From: Actinomycetes bacterium
Lineage (GTDB): Bacteria; Actinomycetota; Acidimicrobiia; IMCC26256; PALSA-555
Reading direction: 5' to 3'
Assembly (NCBI GenBank): GCA_037142235.1
Contig: JBAXBB010000002.1
Location: forward strand, 1 to 55,339
DNA length: 55,339 bases
Shown: positions 42,247 through 50,913 of the stretch, piece after piece
Position numbering within the stretch: the first letter of the stretch is position 1
How the letters are laid out: the number at the start of each line of letters is the position of its first letter
Notes under the pieces: model-generated
What the model was told of the DNA's origin: nothing
The model's database searches: none
What the model saw: only the letters and a program-made list of their open reading frames with translations
Made by a program: the position numbers and the translations under genes

Positions 42247-43611
42247 TCAGCGCAGGTCGAGCTGGAGCGAGTAGCCGGCCTTCGGGTCGCAGGCGAAGGT
42301 GCCCGCCTTCTTCGGGAAGACCCGCACGAACTTGCCACCCTTGACCTGGCTCAGCGCGTAGCAGGAACTCGGGGACTTCGCTCCGGGGTCGAAGGCCCCG
42401 ATCATCCCGTCGGCGTCGAACGAGGAGATCCCCTTCACGGCCGCGAGGACCGACGTGCGGGTGACGGCGTTGTTGCCACCCTCGACGACCGCCTTCTTCA
42501 CCGCGTCGCGCAGGAGCAGCCCCGCCGCCCACGCCTGGGCCGCGAACCCGTCGGCCTTCGGGACGGTCGTGTACTTGATGAAGTTCGCGAGCATCGGGTT
42601 GCTCTTGGTCTCGTCGAACGGCAGGAACAGCGTCGAGACGTAGAGGCCCTCGGTCTCGGGGGCCGCGAGGATCGTCTTGTCGTAGCACTGCAGGGCGCAG
42701 TCCCAGACCTTCACGCTGGTCACACCTTGGAGCTTCGCCTCCTTCATCAGTGAGATCATCACGTTGGCCGCTCCACCCTGGGAGGCGTACGTCGAGCCGG
42801 AGTCCTTCATCGCCTGCACGAACGGCGTGAAGGTGGACTGCAGCGCACGCGACGACACGTCGAACGATGCGTCGGCCTTGATGCCGGCGTCCTGACGCGC
42901 CTTGTACTGCGGAACCCACGAGTCGCGCGCCGGCTTGAGGTCCGACGGGTACAGGTACACGCCGTGCAGCGCACCCTTGCCGAACTTCTTCACGAAGTAA
43001 CTCGTGGCGGCGAACCCACCCCGGTAGGTCTGCGGGACCTGGTCCTTGGTGGCGCAGTCGAGGAGCGGCGGGTTGATCGGGTAGGAGACCGGCGAGCACT
43101 GGTGGACGACGTCGGTGGTCAGCACCGGGAAGTCGGGCAGGCCGGTGGCGGCACCCTTGAGGTCCTTGCAGGTCACGAGGTCGTCGATGTTGTTCACGAA
43201 CAGCGCCGAGGTCCCCACGAGCGCGAAGTCCTTGGAACAGGCCTCGATGATCGACTGGCGGGCCTTGTTGGCGTCGAGCCCGGAGTCGTAGGTGTCGATC
43301 ACGATCTTGCGGCCGGCCAGCCCGCCCTCCTTGGCGTTCATGTAGCGGGCCCAGGCCTGGACGGCGTCGACCGACCCCTGGAAGAGGCCCGGCGCCAGGG
43401 AACTGCCCGTGTCGGCGATGACCCCGAGACGGATCTCACTGGGCGAGATCCCCACGTCGGTCGCGGTGAGCGCCTCGGAGCCTCCGGTCGCGGCGCCTGC
43501 AGCCCCCACCGTGCCCACCGACACGGCTCCGGCCGCCATCGTCGCCGCCGCCACCAGCACTGCCGTCCGGCGGTACCAGGGACCTCGACGCTTCGTCGTG
43601 GTGGTCGTCAT
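42247..43611 (-). CDS. secreted substrate-binding protein (LivJ/branched-chain-amino-acid type), orphan
   Basis: ATG 43611 (MTTTTTKRRGPWYRRTAVLVAAATMAAGA) is preceded by AGGGGGG. The protein shows a type-I PBP pattern. No permease or ATPase gene is adjacent. Confidence 0.75.
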   Translation of the reverse strand: MTTTTTKRRGPWYRRTAVLVAAATMAAGAVSVGTVGAAGAATGGSEALTATDVGISPSEIRLGVIADTGSSLAPGLFQGSVDAVQAWARYMNAKEGGLAGRKIVIDTYDSGLDANKARQSIIEACSKDFALVGTSALFVNNIDDLVTCKDLKGAATGLPDFPVLTTDVVHQCSPVSYPINPPLLDCATKDQVPQTYRGGFAATSYFVKKFGKGALHGVYLYPSDLKPARDSWVPQYKARQDAGIKADASFDVSSRALQSTFTPFVQAMKDSGSTYASQGGAANVMISLMKEAKLQGVTSVKVWDCALQCYDKTILAAPETEGLYVSTLFLPFDETKSNPMLANFIKYTTVPKADGFAAQAWAAGLLLRDAVKKAVVEGGNNAVTRTSVLAAVKGISSFDADGMIGAFDPGAKSPSSCYALSQVKGGKFVRVFPKKAGTFACDPKAGYSLQLDLR

Positions 43612-43690
43612 CGTCGCCCCCCTGTGGACTCGTCCAGCGCCAACCCTAGGGCCCGCCTTCCAACGGGGGCGCGCGGGCCCGGGAGCCGCC

Positions 43691-44083
43691 GCCGGGGCGA
43701 CCGCGGTCGTGGTCAACAACGCGGCCAACGCGCTCGCCCTGCCGCTCGGCCATCTCACGCCCGAGGCCTGGGAGGCGTCACTCGGCACCAACCTGCGCGG
43801 CCCCGTGTTCCTCGTCGAGCGGGCGCTCCCCCACCTCGAGCGCTCCCACCACGCCGCGGTCCTCAACGTGATCTCGGCCGGCGCCTTCCTGTTCTCCGCC
43901 AACACCGCCATGTACTCGGCGGCCAAGGCCGGCCTGATGGCGATGACCCGCTCCATGGCCGCGGCCTACGCGTCGAAGCGCATCCGCGTCAACGCCCTCG
44001 CACCGGGCACCGTCGACACCGACATGGTCCACAACAACCCGCCGGAGGTCGTCGCCTCCAACGGAGGCCTGACTCCCCACTGA
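43691..44083 (+). pseudogene. internal fragment of an SDR gene (no Rossmann N-terminus, truncated C-terminus)
   Basis: The translation starts within the NNAG region (VVVNNAAN), contains YSAAKAG and NALAPG, and stops at ...SNGGLTPH. There is no TGxxxGxG segment and no start or RBS. Confidence 0.6.
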
Positions 44084-44131
44084 CGCACCGGAGCCGGTCG
44101 ACGACGTCGGGTCGACGTGACGCGCTCGGAC

Positions 44132-44980
44132 TCAGTGACCCTTGTGCTTGACCTTCATCGCCTCGACGAGCAGGGCGGCTTCGGCTTGCATCGCTCGTTC
44201 GTTCGGGTGGAACACGAAGGCGGGCGATTCGGGGGCCGCACCCTCGATCCAGCGCTCCGCCTCGGGCGAGCACACGTCGTGACCCTTCGGCGTGTAGGCG
44301 TCGACGAAGGCGACCTTCGCGGCCTTGGCCGCAGCAATGGATCGCTGTTGCAACTGCGCCCCCAGATCGGCGATGAATCGAGAGTCCTGCGCCACCATCG
44401 GGTTCTGCGGCGGACACGTCGACCCGTCGGCGGGCAGGACGCGCGGATAGGCGACGAGGAACACCTTCGCCGATGGTGCCGCCTTCTTGACCGCCCGCAA
44501 CGTGTCGGTGAGCTGGCCCTCGAGCTGCTCGAGGTTGGCCGTCGCCGCCGCGGGGTCGACGCCGTTGCCCTGGCAACTCGTGCCCGGTGGCTGCCTGGCG
44601 CAGAGGATGGTGGACAGCGAATAGTTGATGTTGTTGCCGCCGATCGTGAGGGTCACGTACTTGGTGTCCGAGGTGACGGCGGCGAGTTGCGTCGCGAGCA
44701 CGACGTCGGTGGTGGCGCCCTGGCACGAGACGTCGGTGAGCGCGAGCCCGAGCTTGGTCGCGACGAGGTTGGCGTAGTTCCGGCTGGAGCGCCCACACGC
44801 CTGGTCGACGGTGTCGGGAATGGACGGACCAGAGGCGAACGAACTCCCCAGTGCCACGTACTTGGGTCGGTTCGCACCCTGTGCGCTCGCGTGGGCGACG
44901 CCACCCGTGAGCATCACCACCAGCACGAAGGCCGACGACCCCGCCACCAACCGTCCGCGAGCCTTGATCCGGTTCCTCAT
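44132..44980 (-). CDS. secreted SGNH/GDSL-family hydrolase (lipase/esterase)
   Basis: Has a signal peptide, block I (YVALGSSFASG), block III (GGNN) and block V (FHPN). The ATG at 44980 overlaps the upstream stop as ATGA. Confidence 0.8.
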   Translation of the reverse strand: MRNRIKARGRLVAGSSAFVLVVMLTGGVAHASAQGANRPKYVALGSSFASGPSIPDTVDQACGRSSRNYANLVATKLGLALTDVSCQGATTDVVLATQLAAVTSDTKYVTLTIGGNNINYSLSTILCARQPPGTSCQGNGVDPAAATANLEQLEGQLTDTLRAVKKAAPSAKVFLVAYPRVLPADGSTCPPQNPMVAQDSRFIADLGAQLQQRSIAAAKAAKVAFVDAYTPKGHDVCSPEAERWIEGAAPESPAFVFHPNERAMQAEAALLVEAMKVKHKGH

Positions 44981-46035
44981 GTGGCCGGAGAAGTGCCAGG
45001 GTCCTCACCGTTCCAGGACCCACCCGGCGACACGGTGGCGCGACCGCCGGCGGGAATCGCCAGCGCCGCCCGGACGTCGTCGAGCGGGAGGTCGAGGAGA
45101 GCCATCCAGTCCCAGCCGGCGTCGTAGATGTCGGTCGTGGTCTGTGCACCCCGCGCCCAGGCTTCCGCCATGGTCGTCGGGTCGAGGTGCGAGTGACCCT
45201 CGGGGAACACTCCCAGCTTGATGCCCTGGTGCCACTGGAGCAGGACCACCGTGAGCCAGCCGATCCCGGCCTCGGCGTTGGCGGCGTTGAACACCGCCGT
45301 GTACGCCTCGCCCTGGGCGGTGACGTCGTAGCCGGACAGCACGTGGTGCACGTCGTGGGACCCGAGGAACTCGACGGGCAGAGGAACCCCGGGCATCCCG
45401 GGAACGTCGAAGTTGGCATCGCCGTAGAAGCGGCGCATCTCGGCGCCGAGCGATCCTTCGGGAGCCTCGGCCAGGCGCCGGTGGTAATCGTCGATCGTCG
45501 CGGGGCGGGTGAGCTGCGCGAGCTCATGACGTTCCATGTGGTCGCGGATCGTGTCCGGATGGATGGCGATCCGCTCGGAGAGGAAGCGCCGGAACAGGTC
45601 GGCCTTGGCCGAAGCCGCGCTCTCCTCGGCGATGGCCACGACGTTGTCGATCAGCGCATCGTCACAGCCGAGCGACTGCGCGATCTCGCGCGCCACGAAG
45701 AGACCTTCCAGGTCGGGGTCGTCGGCGAACAGGGCCACCATCAGCCCGGCGTTGACGACCTCGGTGCGCTCACGCAGATCTGGGATGAGCGAATCGATCA
45801 TCGCGACGACGTCCACGATGTCGGACCACGGCAGCGTGTCGCCGAGCAGGTCGGAGAAATCGAGTGGCTCGTCGAACCCGTGACAACCCGGGCACCCGAG
45901 GAGGCCGGCGAACATCCGGACCAGATCCGCCTGGCTCCCCTCGAAGGGGCGGGTCTCACGCGCCGTGGCGACCAGCCGCATCGTGGCGACCTTGGCCCGC
46001 CGGGTGTCGTGGGTTCCAAAGGTGAGCTGGGCCAT
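44977..46035 (-). CDS. Coq4-like HDxxH zinc-motif protein with an unknown N-terminal domain
   Basis: SHDVHHVLSGYDVTAQGE fits the Coq4 HDxxH-x11-E motif. The N-terminal 200 aa or so are unassigned and contain CPGCHG. I prefer ATG 46035 (RBS AAGGAA, 7-nt spacing) over GTG 46041. Confidence 0.65.
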   Translation of the reverse strand: MAQLTFGTHDTRRAKVATMRLVATARETRPFEGSQADLVRMFAGLLGCPGCHGFDEPLDFSDLLGDTLPWSDIVDVVAMIDSLIPDLRERTEVVNAGLMVALFADDPDLEGLFVAREIAQSLGCDDALIDNVVAIAEESAASAKADLFRRFLSERIAIHPDTIRDHMERHELAQLTRPATIDDYHRRLAEAPEGSLGAEMRRFYGDANFDVPGMPGVPLPVEFLGSHDVHHVLSGYDVTAQGEAYTAVFNAANAEAGIGWLTVVLLQWHQGIKLGVFPEGHSHLDPTTMAEAWARGAQTTTDIYDAGWDWMALLDLPLDDVRAALAIPAGGRATVSPGGSWNGEDPGTSPAT

Positions 46036-46098
46036 CTTCACGTTCCTTGTGAGGGGCTTCTGGTTCCGACGGAGACCGTTCCCGAATGCCTGGGTACC

Positions 46099-46119
46099 GG
46101 AACCCGGTCTTTGGGTTCC
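46099..46119. other. hairpin GGAACCC-N7-GGGTTCC in the 262-bp intergenic region
   Basis: The 7-bp stem lies between the CFA-synthase stop (46298) and the Coq4-like start (46035). Confidence 0.3.
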
Positions 46120-46124
46120 AGGGT

Positions 46125-46141
46125 GATCGAACGTTTCGATC
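46125..46141. promoter_or_regulatory. 17-bp palindrome GATCGAA-CGT-TTCGATC (operator-like)
   Basis: Has perfect 7-bp arms. It lies about 90 nt upstream of the Coq4-like gene start. Confidence 0.3.
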
Positions 46142-46297
46142 GTAGTGGGACCTGGGGGACCCCCGGATTGCGTGTCGCCAGGGTGCGCTGGGGGCCGAGG
46201 CGCGAGCGTTCAGGGATCCTTGCGCTCGATGAGGAAGCCGTGGACGGCCCTGCTGCCGATGTTCTCCGTCGTGTGCTGGTCAGCCGGTGGACCCGGA

Positions 46298-47530
46298 TCA
46301 GAGACCGGATCTCGTCAATCGCATCTGCACGACGTCGATCATCTGCTCCTCGAATCCGGCCTCGCAGTAACAGAGGTAGAAGTCCCACAACCGGATGAAC
46401 TGTTGATCGAGACCGAGCGTGGCGAGGGTCGCCTCATCAGCATGCAGATTCACTCGCCAACGACGGAGCGTCTCGGCGTAATCGCCACCGAATCCAAAGT
46501 TCTCGTCGACCCGGAAGTCGGTGACCCGCGCGAGCGATCGCTCGATCGCCTCGATCGACGGCAGACAGCCGCCCGGGAAGATGTGCGCCTTGATGAAGTC
46601 ACGTGTGTTCTTCGCCCGTTCGAAGCGATCGGGTTCGATCACGATCGCCTGCAAGCCCATCGTGCCACCGGGGACCAGCAGATCGCAGCAGGCCGAGAAG
46701 AACGTGTCGTAGTCGCGCCAATCGACCGCCTCGATCATCTCGATCGCGACCAACCGGTCCCAGACCCCCGAAAGGTCCCGATAGTCAACGCCCAGAACCG
46801 TGATTCGCTCCTCGAGGCCGGCTGTCGCGACGAGTTCCTTCGCGTAGGTGTACTGCTCGGCCGAGATGGTGGTCGTCGTGACGTGGGCACCGAAGCGCGT
46901 CGCTGCGTGGATGGCGAAACCTCCCCAACCCGTTCCGATCTCGAGCACGCGATCACCGGGCCGGATCTCGATCATCCGACAGAGCCGATCGAGTTTGGCG
47001 ATCGAGGCATCCTCGAGTGTGACGTCCGCGGAGGCAAAGAGCGCCGAGGAGTACATCATCGTGGGGTCGAGGAGTTGGCCGAAGAACTCGTTCCCGAGGT
47101 CGTAGTGCGCACCGATGTTCTGCCGATCGCGATGCTTGTCCTGCGGACGCAGACGTCGGAGCCGGTCGGTGATCGGCCCCGCCACCGACTGCAGCAACGA
47201 CCGCGGACCGTCGGCGATGCTGGCCGCACGAGCAAGGATTCGCAGGGCGACCGTGAGCTCCGTGGTCGCCCAATACCCCTTCGACCATGCTTCGCCCACG
47301 CCCGCACTTCCACCGAGCAGGATGGCCGGCCAAGCCCTCAGGTCGGTGACCTCGATCTGGGCACGCAACGTCGGCCCTCGAGCACCTCGACCGCCGTGTC
47401 GGCGACAGGCTCGGTACGTACGACCGCCGAAGGTGACCTGGAGATCATCCCGGACGCACGAACGTGCGAGCGCGATCAGCACGAACCTGCAGAGACGTCG
47501 ATGCAGAGCGAGCAGCGCCCTTGCGAACAT
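46298..47530 (-). CDS. cfa: cyclopropane-fatty-acyl-phospholipid synthase family SAM methyltransferase
   Basis: Has HYDLGNEFF and the SAM motif VLEIGTGWGG, plus the C-terminal FxxWxxYLxxCxxxF-type region (RLWDFYLCYCEAGF). The start is ATG 47530. Confidence 0.85.
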   Translation of the reverse strand: MFARALLALHRRLCRFVLIALARSCVRDDLQVTFGGRTYRACRRHGGRGARGPTLRAQIEVTDLRAWPAILLGGSAGVGEAWSKGYWATTELTVALRILARAASIADGPRSLLQSVAGPITDRLRRLRPQDKHRDRQNIGAHYDLGNEFFGQLLDPTMMYSSALFASADVTLEDASIAKLDRLCRMIEIRPGDRVLEIGTGWGGFAIHAATRFGAHVTTTTISAEQYTYAKELVATAGLEERITVLGVDYRDLSGVWDRLVAIEMIEAVDWRDYDTFFSACCDLLVPGGTMGLQAIVIEPDRFERAKNTRDFIKAHIFPGGCLPSIEAIERSLARVTDFRVDENFGFGGDYAETLRRWRVNLHADEATLATLGLDQQFIRLWDFYLCYCEAGFEEQMIDVVQMRLTRSGL

Positions 47531-47532
47531 GT

Positions 47533-48369
47533 TCACCGACTCCGATCGGGATGGCGGACGAAGGGCACTCGCTTCAGTGCGAGCCGGATCGCATGCCGAT
47601 GGATACTCGACCACACGCGAACCGTCTGGAACGGATGGCGACGAACCTGGGCGAGCAGGGACTCGGCAGTCAGAGGAAGTCGCGTGAGACTCAGATCTGC
47701 ATCGAAGATCTTCACGTCGCCACCATCATGCGATTCGATGCTTTCGAGTCTGAACCAGACCCGATCATGGGGAGGTATCGCGGTGAACCGATAGGTCGAG
47801 TCCATCTGGAGGAACGGAGAGACGTGCAACGCTTTCGCGAACTCCGACCTGATTCGGCCGCTTTCGTCAGTCTCCGCGATCGCAACACCGTGGTCACGGT
47901 CCGCGCAAGCGCCAGGACGCGCATCGATCACGTACCAATGACGTTCCTTCCACGGCGTGTTCGTGACTTCGAGGACCACGACGTCAATCCGTTCGGATCC
48001 GTCGTCCTGAGGCTCCGCCGAGAGGCAGTAGTGAACGGTGATCGGGTTGAACACATACCCGTTCGCCCGCAGTTGGGTGAGCGTGAGGACACGACCCTTC
48101 GGCGCGTGACCGGTCCGAACCTCGACGAGGTGGCGGATCGCATCTCCGAGCGACAGAGAACGATCGCCATCGAGATAGTCAGATCGTTCGAACCGGATCG
48201 CAGGCCAGATCGACCCACCGACGGCACGAATCGATTCGGACGTCGACCGGTCCGATCCCGAACCGTCGTGCTCGAGGAGGAACAAGAAGAGTGGGAATCG
48301 AAACTCGTGAGTCACCGGGGAAAAGCGCCGATGTCGAGTCACGCCCTCGTACAGCGAGCTCGTGCTCAC
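47533..48369 (-). CDS. DUF1365 family protein
   Basis: The N-terminus (LYEGVTRHRRFSPVTHEFRF) and YVFNPITVHYC are typical of DUF1365. The GTG at 48369 overlaps the upstream stop as GTGA. Confidence 0.8.
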   Translation of the reverse strand: MSTSSLYEGVTRHRRFSPVTHEFRFPLFLFLLEHDGSGSDRSTSESIRAVGGSIWPAIRFERSDYLDGDRSLSLGDAIRHLVEVRTGHAPKGRVLTLTQLRANGYVFNPITVHYCLSAEPQDDGSERIDVVVLEVTNTPWKERHWYVIDARPGACADRDHGVAIAETDESGRIRSEFAKALHVSPFLQMDSTYRFTAIPPHDRVWFRLESIESHDGGDVKIFDADLSLTRLPLTAESLLAQVRRHPFQTVRVWSSIHRHAIRLALKRVPFVRHPDRSR

Positions 48370-49655
48370 AGCCCGACTCCGAAGTGAGCACACACGTCGA
48401 GTGCCGAGTTCACCCCATCCTCGTGGAAACCGAAACCCCAATACGCTCCGGCGAAGTAGGTCGCCTGGTGGCCCTGGATCTCTGGGCGTCGCTGTTGTGC
48501 AGCAAGCGCAGCGGCATCGAACACCGGGTGTTCGTACTGGAACTCGGCGATCACACTGTCGGGCGCGATCTCGCCCGAGCGATTCAGCGTCACCAGAAGA
48601 TCTGCAGAGGAGTCGATCGACTGCAACCTGTTCATCCAATAGGTCAGGGTCGCCTCTTCGCCTGATCCGGCACCGAGGTGATAGTTCCAACTCGCCCGAG
48701 CACGCGGCGTCCGGGGCAGGAACGCTGCATCGGTGTGCAGGGTCGCCGTGTTCGGCTGATACCTGATGTCGCCGAGCACTTCGGTCTCAGCGGTCGTCGC
48801 ATCGGCGAGGAGCGACAGGCTCTGTCCCGAATGACAGGCAAGGACCACCGCGTCGAACGTTTCAGACCGGCCGTCGTCCAAGGTAACCAAGACTTCGACA
48901 CCCAGCGATCGACTCGGATCGTCGCTTCGACGCACCCTCCGGACCGGAGATGAGAGCTGGACCGGTCGCCTCAGACGAGCGATGAGGGCGCGCACATATT
49001 CACGGGATCCCCCCGTCACCGTCCGCCACGTGGGAATGCCCTGCAGACCCAGCAATCCGTGATTGTCCATGAATCGGAAATAGGTGGCGGCCGGAAACTC
49101 CAGGAACGTTTCCGGATCCGCCGACCAGATCGCCGAACCGAACGGAATGAGAAATTCGTCGACGAACCGGCGTCCATGCTGGTGTCCAGTGATGAACTCA
49201 CGAAGGGTCATGCCAGCCGTGAACGAAGCAGCATCGGTCAGGGCGGCGCGACCCGCTCGATTGAATCGGAAGATGTCGATGAGCATCCGCGTGAACGACC
49301 AACTCAGAAGGTTGCGTCGCTGCGCATAGAGCGTGTTGAGGTTGGTGCCGCGGTATTCGAGTCCGGAAGATTCCGACATCACCGAGAAACTCATCTCGCT
49401 GGGTTGGCTCGCCACACCGAGACGATCCAGCAACGTCACAAAGTTCGGATAGTTGCCCTCGTTGAAGACGATGAACCCGGTATCCACCGCGAAGGTCTCC
49501 GATCGACCAACAGTGTCAGTCACCGTTGCATCGACCGTGTTCGTGTGACCGCCGACGCGATCTCCACGTTCGAAGACCGTCACCTCATGATCGGGGTCGA
49601 GCAGGTACGCACACGTGAGTCCCGAGATCCCGGAACCGATGATCGCGATCTTCAC
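48366..49655 (-). CDS. FAD/NAD-binding oxidoreductase (amine-oxidase / desaturase-like)
   Basis: The N-terminus is KIAIIGSGISGLTCAYLL...VTVFERGDRVGGH. The GTG at 49655 overlaps the upstream stop as GTGA. Confidence 0.85.
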   Translation of the reverse strand: MKIAIIGSGISGLTCAYLLDPDHEVTVFERGDRVGGHTNTVDATVTDTVGRSETFAVDTGFIVFNEGNYPNFVTLLDRLGVASQPSEMSFSVMSESSGLEYRGTNLNTLYAQRRNLLSWSFTRMLIDIFRFNRAGRAALTDAASFTAGMTLREFITGHQHGRRFVDEFLIPFGSAIWSADPETFLEFPAATYFRFMDNHGLLGLQGIPTWRTVTGGSREYVRALIARLRRPVQLSSPVRRVRRSDDPSRSLGVEVLVTLDDGRSETFDAVVLACHSGQSLSLLADATTAETEVLGDIRYQPNTATLHTDAAFLPRTPRARASWNYHLGAGSGEEATLTYWMNRLQSIDSSADLLVTLNRSGEIAPDSVIAEFQYEHPVFDAAALAAQQRRPEIQGHQATYFAGAYWGFGFHEDGVNSALDVCAHFGVGL

Positions 49656-50641
49656 GATGGCTGTCGACCTGCGCCACTGCTCGCCTCACACCATTGCCAG
49701 AGTCGGTCGCGTTCGCTCTGCGATGCCCCCGTCCCCGGAAGCTTGGTGATGCTCCGCCGGTGCCGATCGAGCCAGAAGCCGCCGTTCGCGCCGAGGTCCT
49801 GCTCGTCGACATCGGCCAACCAGACGATCGTGTCGGCACCCGCTTCGACCGATCGCAGGACGGGCTTCGTGATCGAGTGGAAACGAGGAAGCGACGTCAG
49901 CACTCCGGGAGTGTCGACCCAGCCTGGGTGCATGGCCTGGAAGATGGTGCCCGACCTGCACCGTCGAGCCCATTCCACATTGAGCTCGACCTGCGCTCGC
50001 TTGGCCCGTGCATAGGCGCGCACGCCGTGGTAGGACTCCGGGCCGGCGGCGAGCTTCTCGACCTCGAGTTTCTCGGGATACATGCCCCCCGAAGCGACAG
50101 TGATCACACGACCACTCGACTCCCCTCCTTCGAGCCGCGGGAGCAGCAGCGACGTGAGCAGGAACGGTCCGAGGACCTGCGAGGCCACCGTCATCTCGAA
50201 CCCCTGCGGAGACACCGTGTACCCGGGCGAGAGCGCTCCCGCGTTGTGGACCAGGACGTCGAGGTGCTGGTGGGCACCCATGATGTCGATCGCGATCGAA
50301 CGCACGGCGGCGAGATCGCCCAGATCGGCGATGCTCGTGTGCACCTCGAATCCTCGCCGAGCGAGCAGTGCTGCTGTCGAAGCGGTCCGACCCGGATCAC
50401 GACCGACGAGGTGCAACGTCGCCCCGAGTTCTCCGAACCGAGTGGCCACCGCCAAACCGATGCCGGAGGTGAAGCCGGTCACGACGGCGACCCGGCCATC
50501 CATCCGTGCCGGAACTTGGTGGGACCATCCCTCCAGACGGCGGCGGGCGGAATACCCGAGGCTGCTCCAACTCGGAACGATCACCGCTTCCATGAACGCA
50601 TCACAGAATGACGCGACAGAGCGTGGAAAACGAGCATCCAT
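49652..50641 (-). CDS. short-chain dehydrogenase/reductase (DHRS12-like)
   Basis: Has VTGFTSGIGLAVA, HNAG and YARAKRA. It is the first gene of the SDR / FAD-oxidoreductase / DUF1365 / CFA cluster. Confidence 0.8.
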   Translation of the reverse strand: MDARFPRSVASFCDAFMEAVIVPSWSSLGYSARRRLEGWSHQVPARMDGRVAVVTGFTSGIGLAVATRFGELGATLHLVGRDPGRTASTAALLARRGFEVHTSIADLGDLAAVRSIAIDIMGAHQHLDVLVHNAGALSPGYTVSPQGFEMTVASQVLGPFLLTSLLLPRLEGGESSGRVITVASGGMYPEKLEVEKLAAGPESYHGVRAYARAKRAQVELNVEWARRCRSGTIFQAMHPGWVDTPGVLTSLPRFHSITKPVLRSVEAGADTIVWLADVDEQDLGANGGFWLDRHRRSITKLPGTGASQSERDRLWQWCEASSGAGRQPS

Positions 50642-50913
50642 CAGGATTCGATCCTACCCGTGACCGATTGCCGCACCGCCCGTGGTGGTGTCGCGCCCCT
50701 ACCTCCGAGCGCGCACTCGTCGACACGCACGGGGCCGTCCCGCGGGCGCGTCAGGCAGTCATTGCCCGACACCCACACGGCGCCCATGCCTACCGCCGAC
50801 CGCTCTCAGCGGGTAGGTTGCAAGAGCGCTCGAGGGTGATGTACCGGATTTCGGCGGACCCCGCGCTTGCCTTGGGTAGAGATTCTCTGGGCCGACCCAG
50901 GAGAACCATCCCG

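Noticed and set aside
6410-49655. The eleven ATGA/GTGA stop-start overlaps as something unusual.
   Set aside because: Four-nucleotide overlaps are the normal mode of translational coupling in high-GC actinobacterial operons. I used them as evidence for start sites, not as a finding.
50642-50913. Search for an ECF/sigmaE-type promoter (GGAAC or TGATC -35 elements) upstream of the SDR/CFA cluster and the GT4 gene.
   Set aside because: I found only a trivial GGAT-N3-ATCC element next to the start codon. Nothing matched a -35/-10 pair at sensible spacing, so this cannot be supported by eye.
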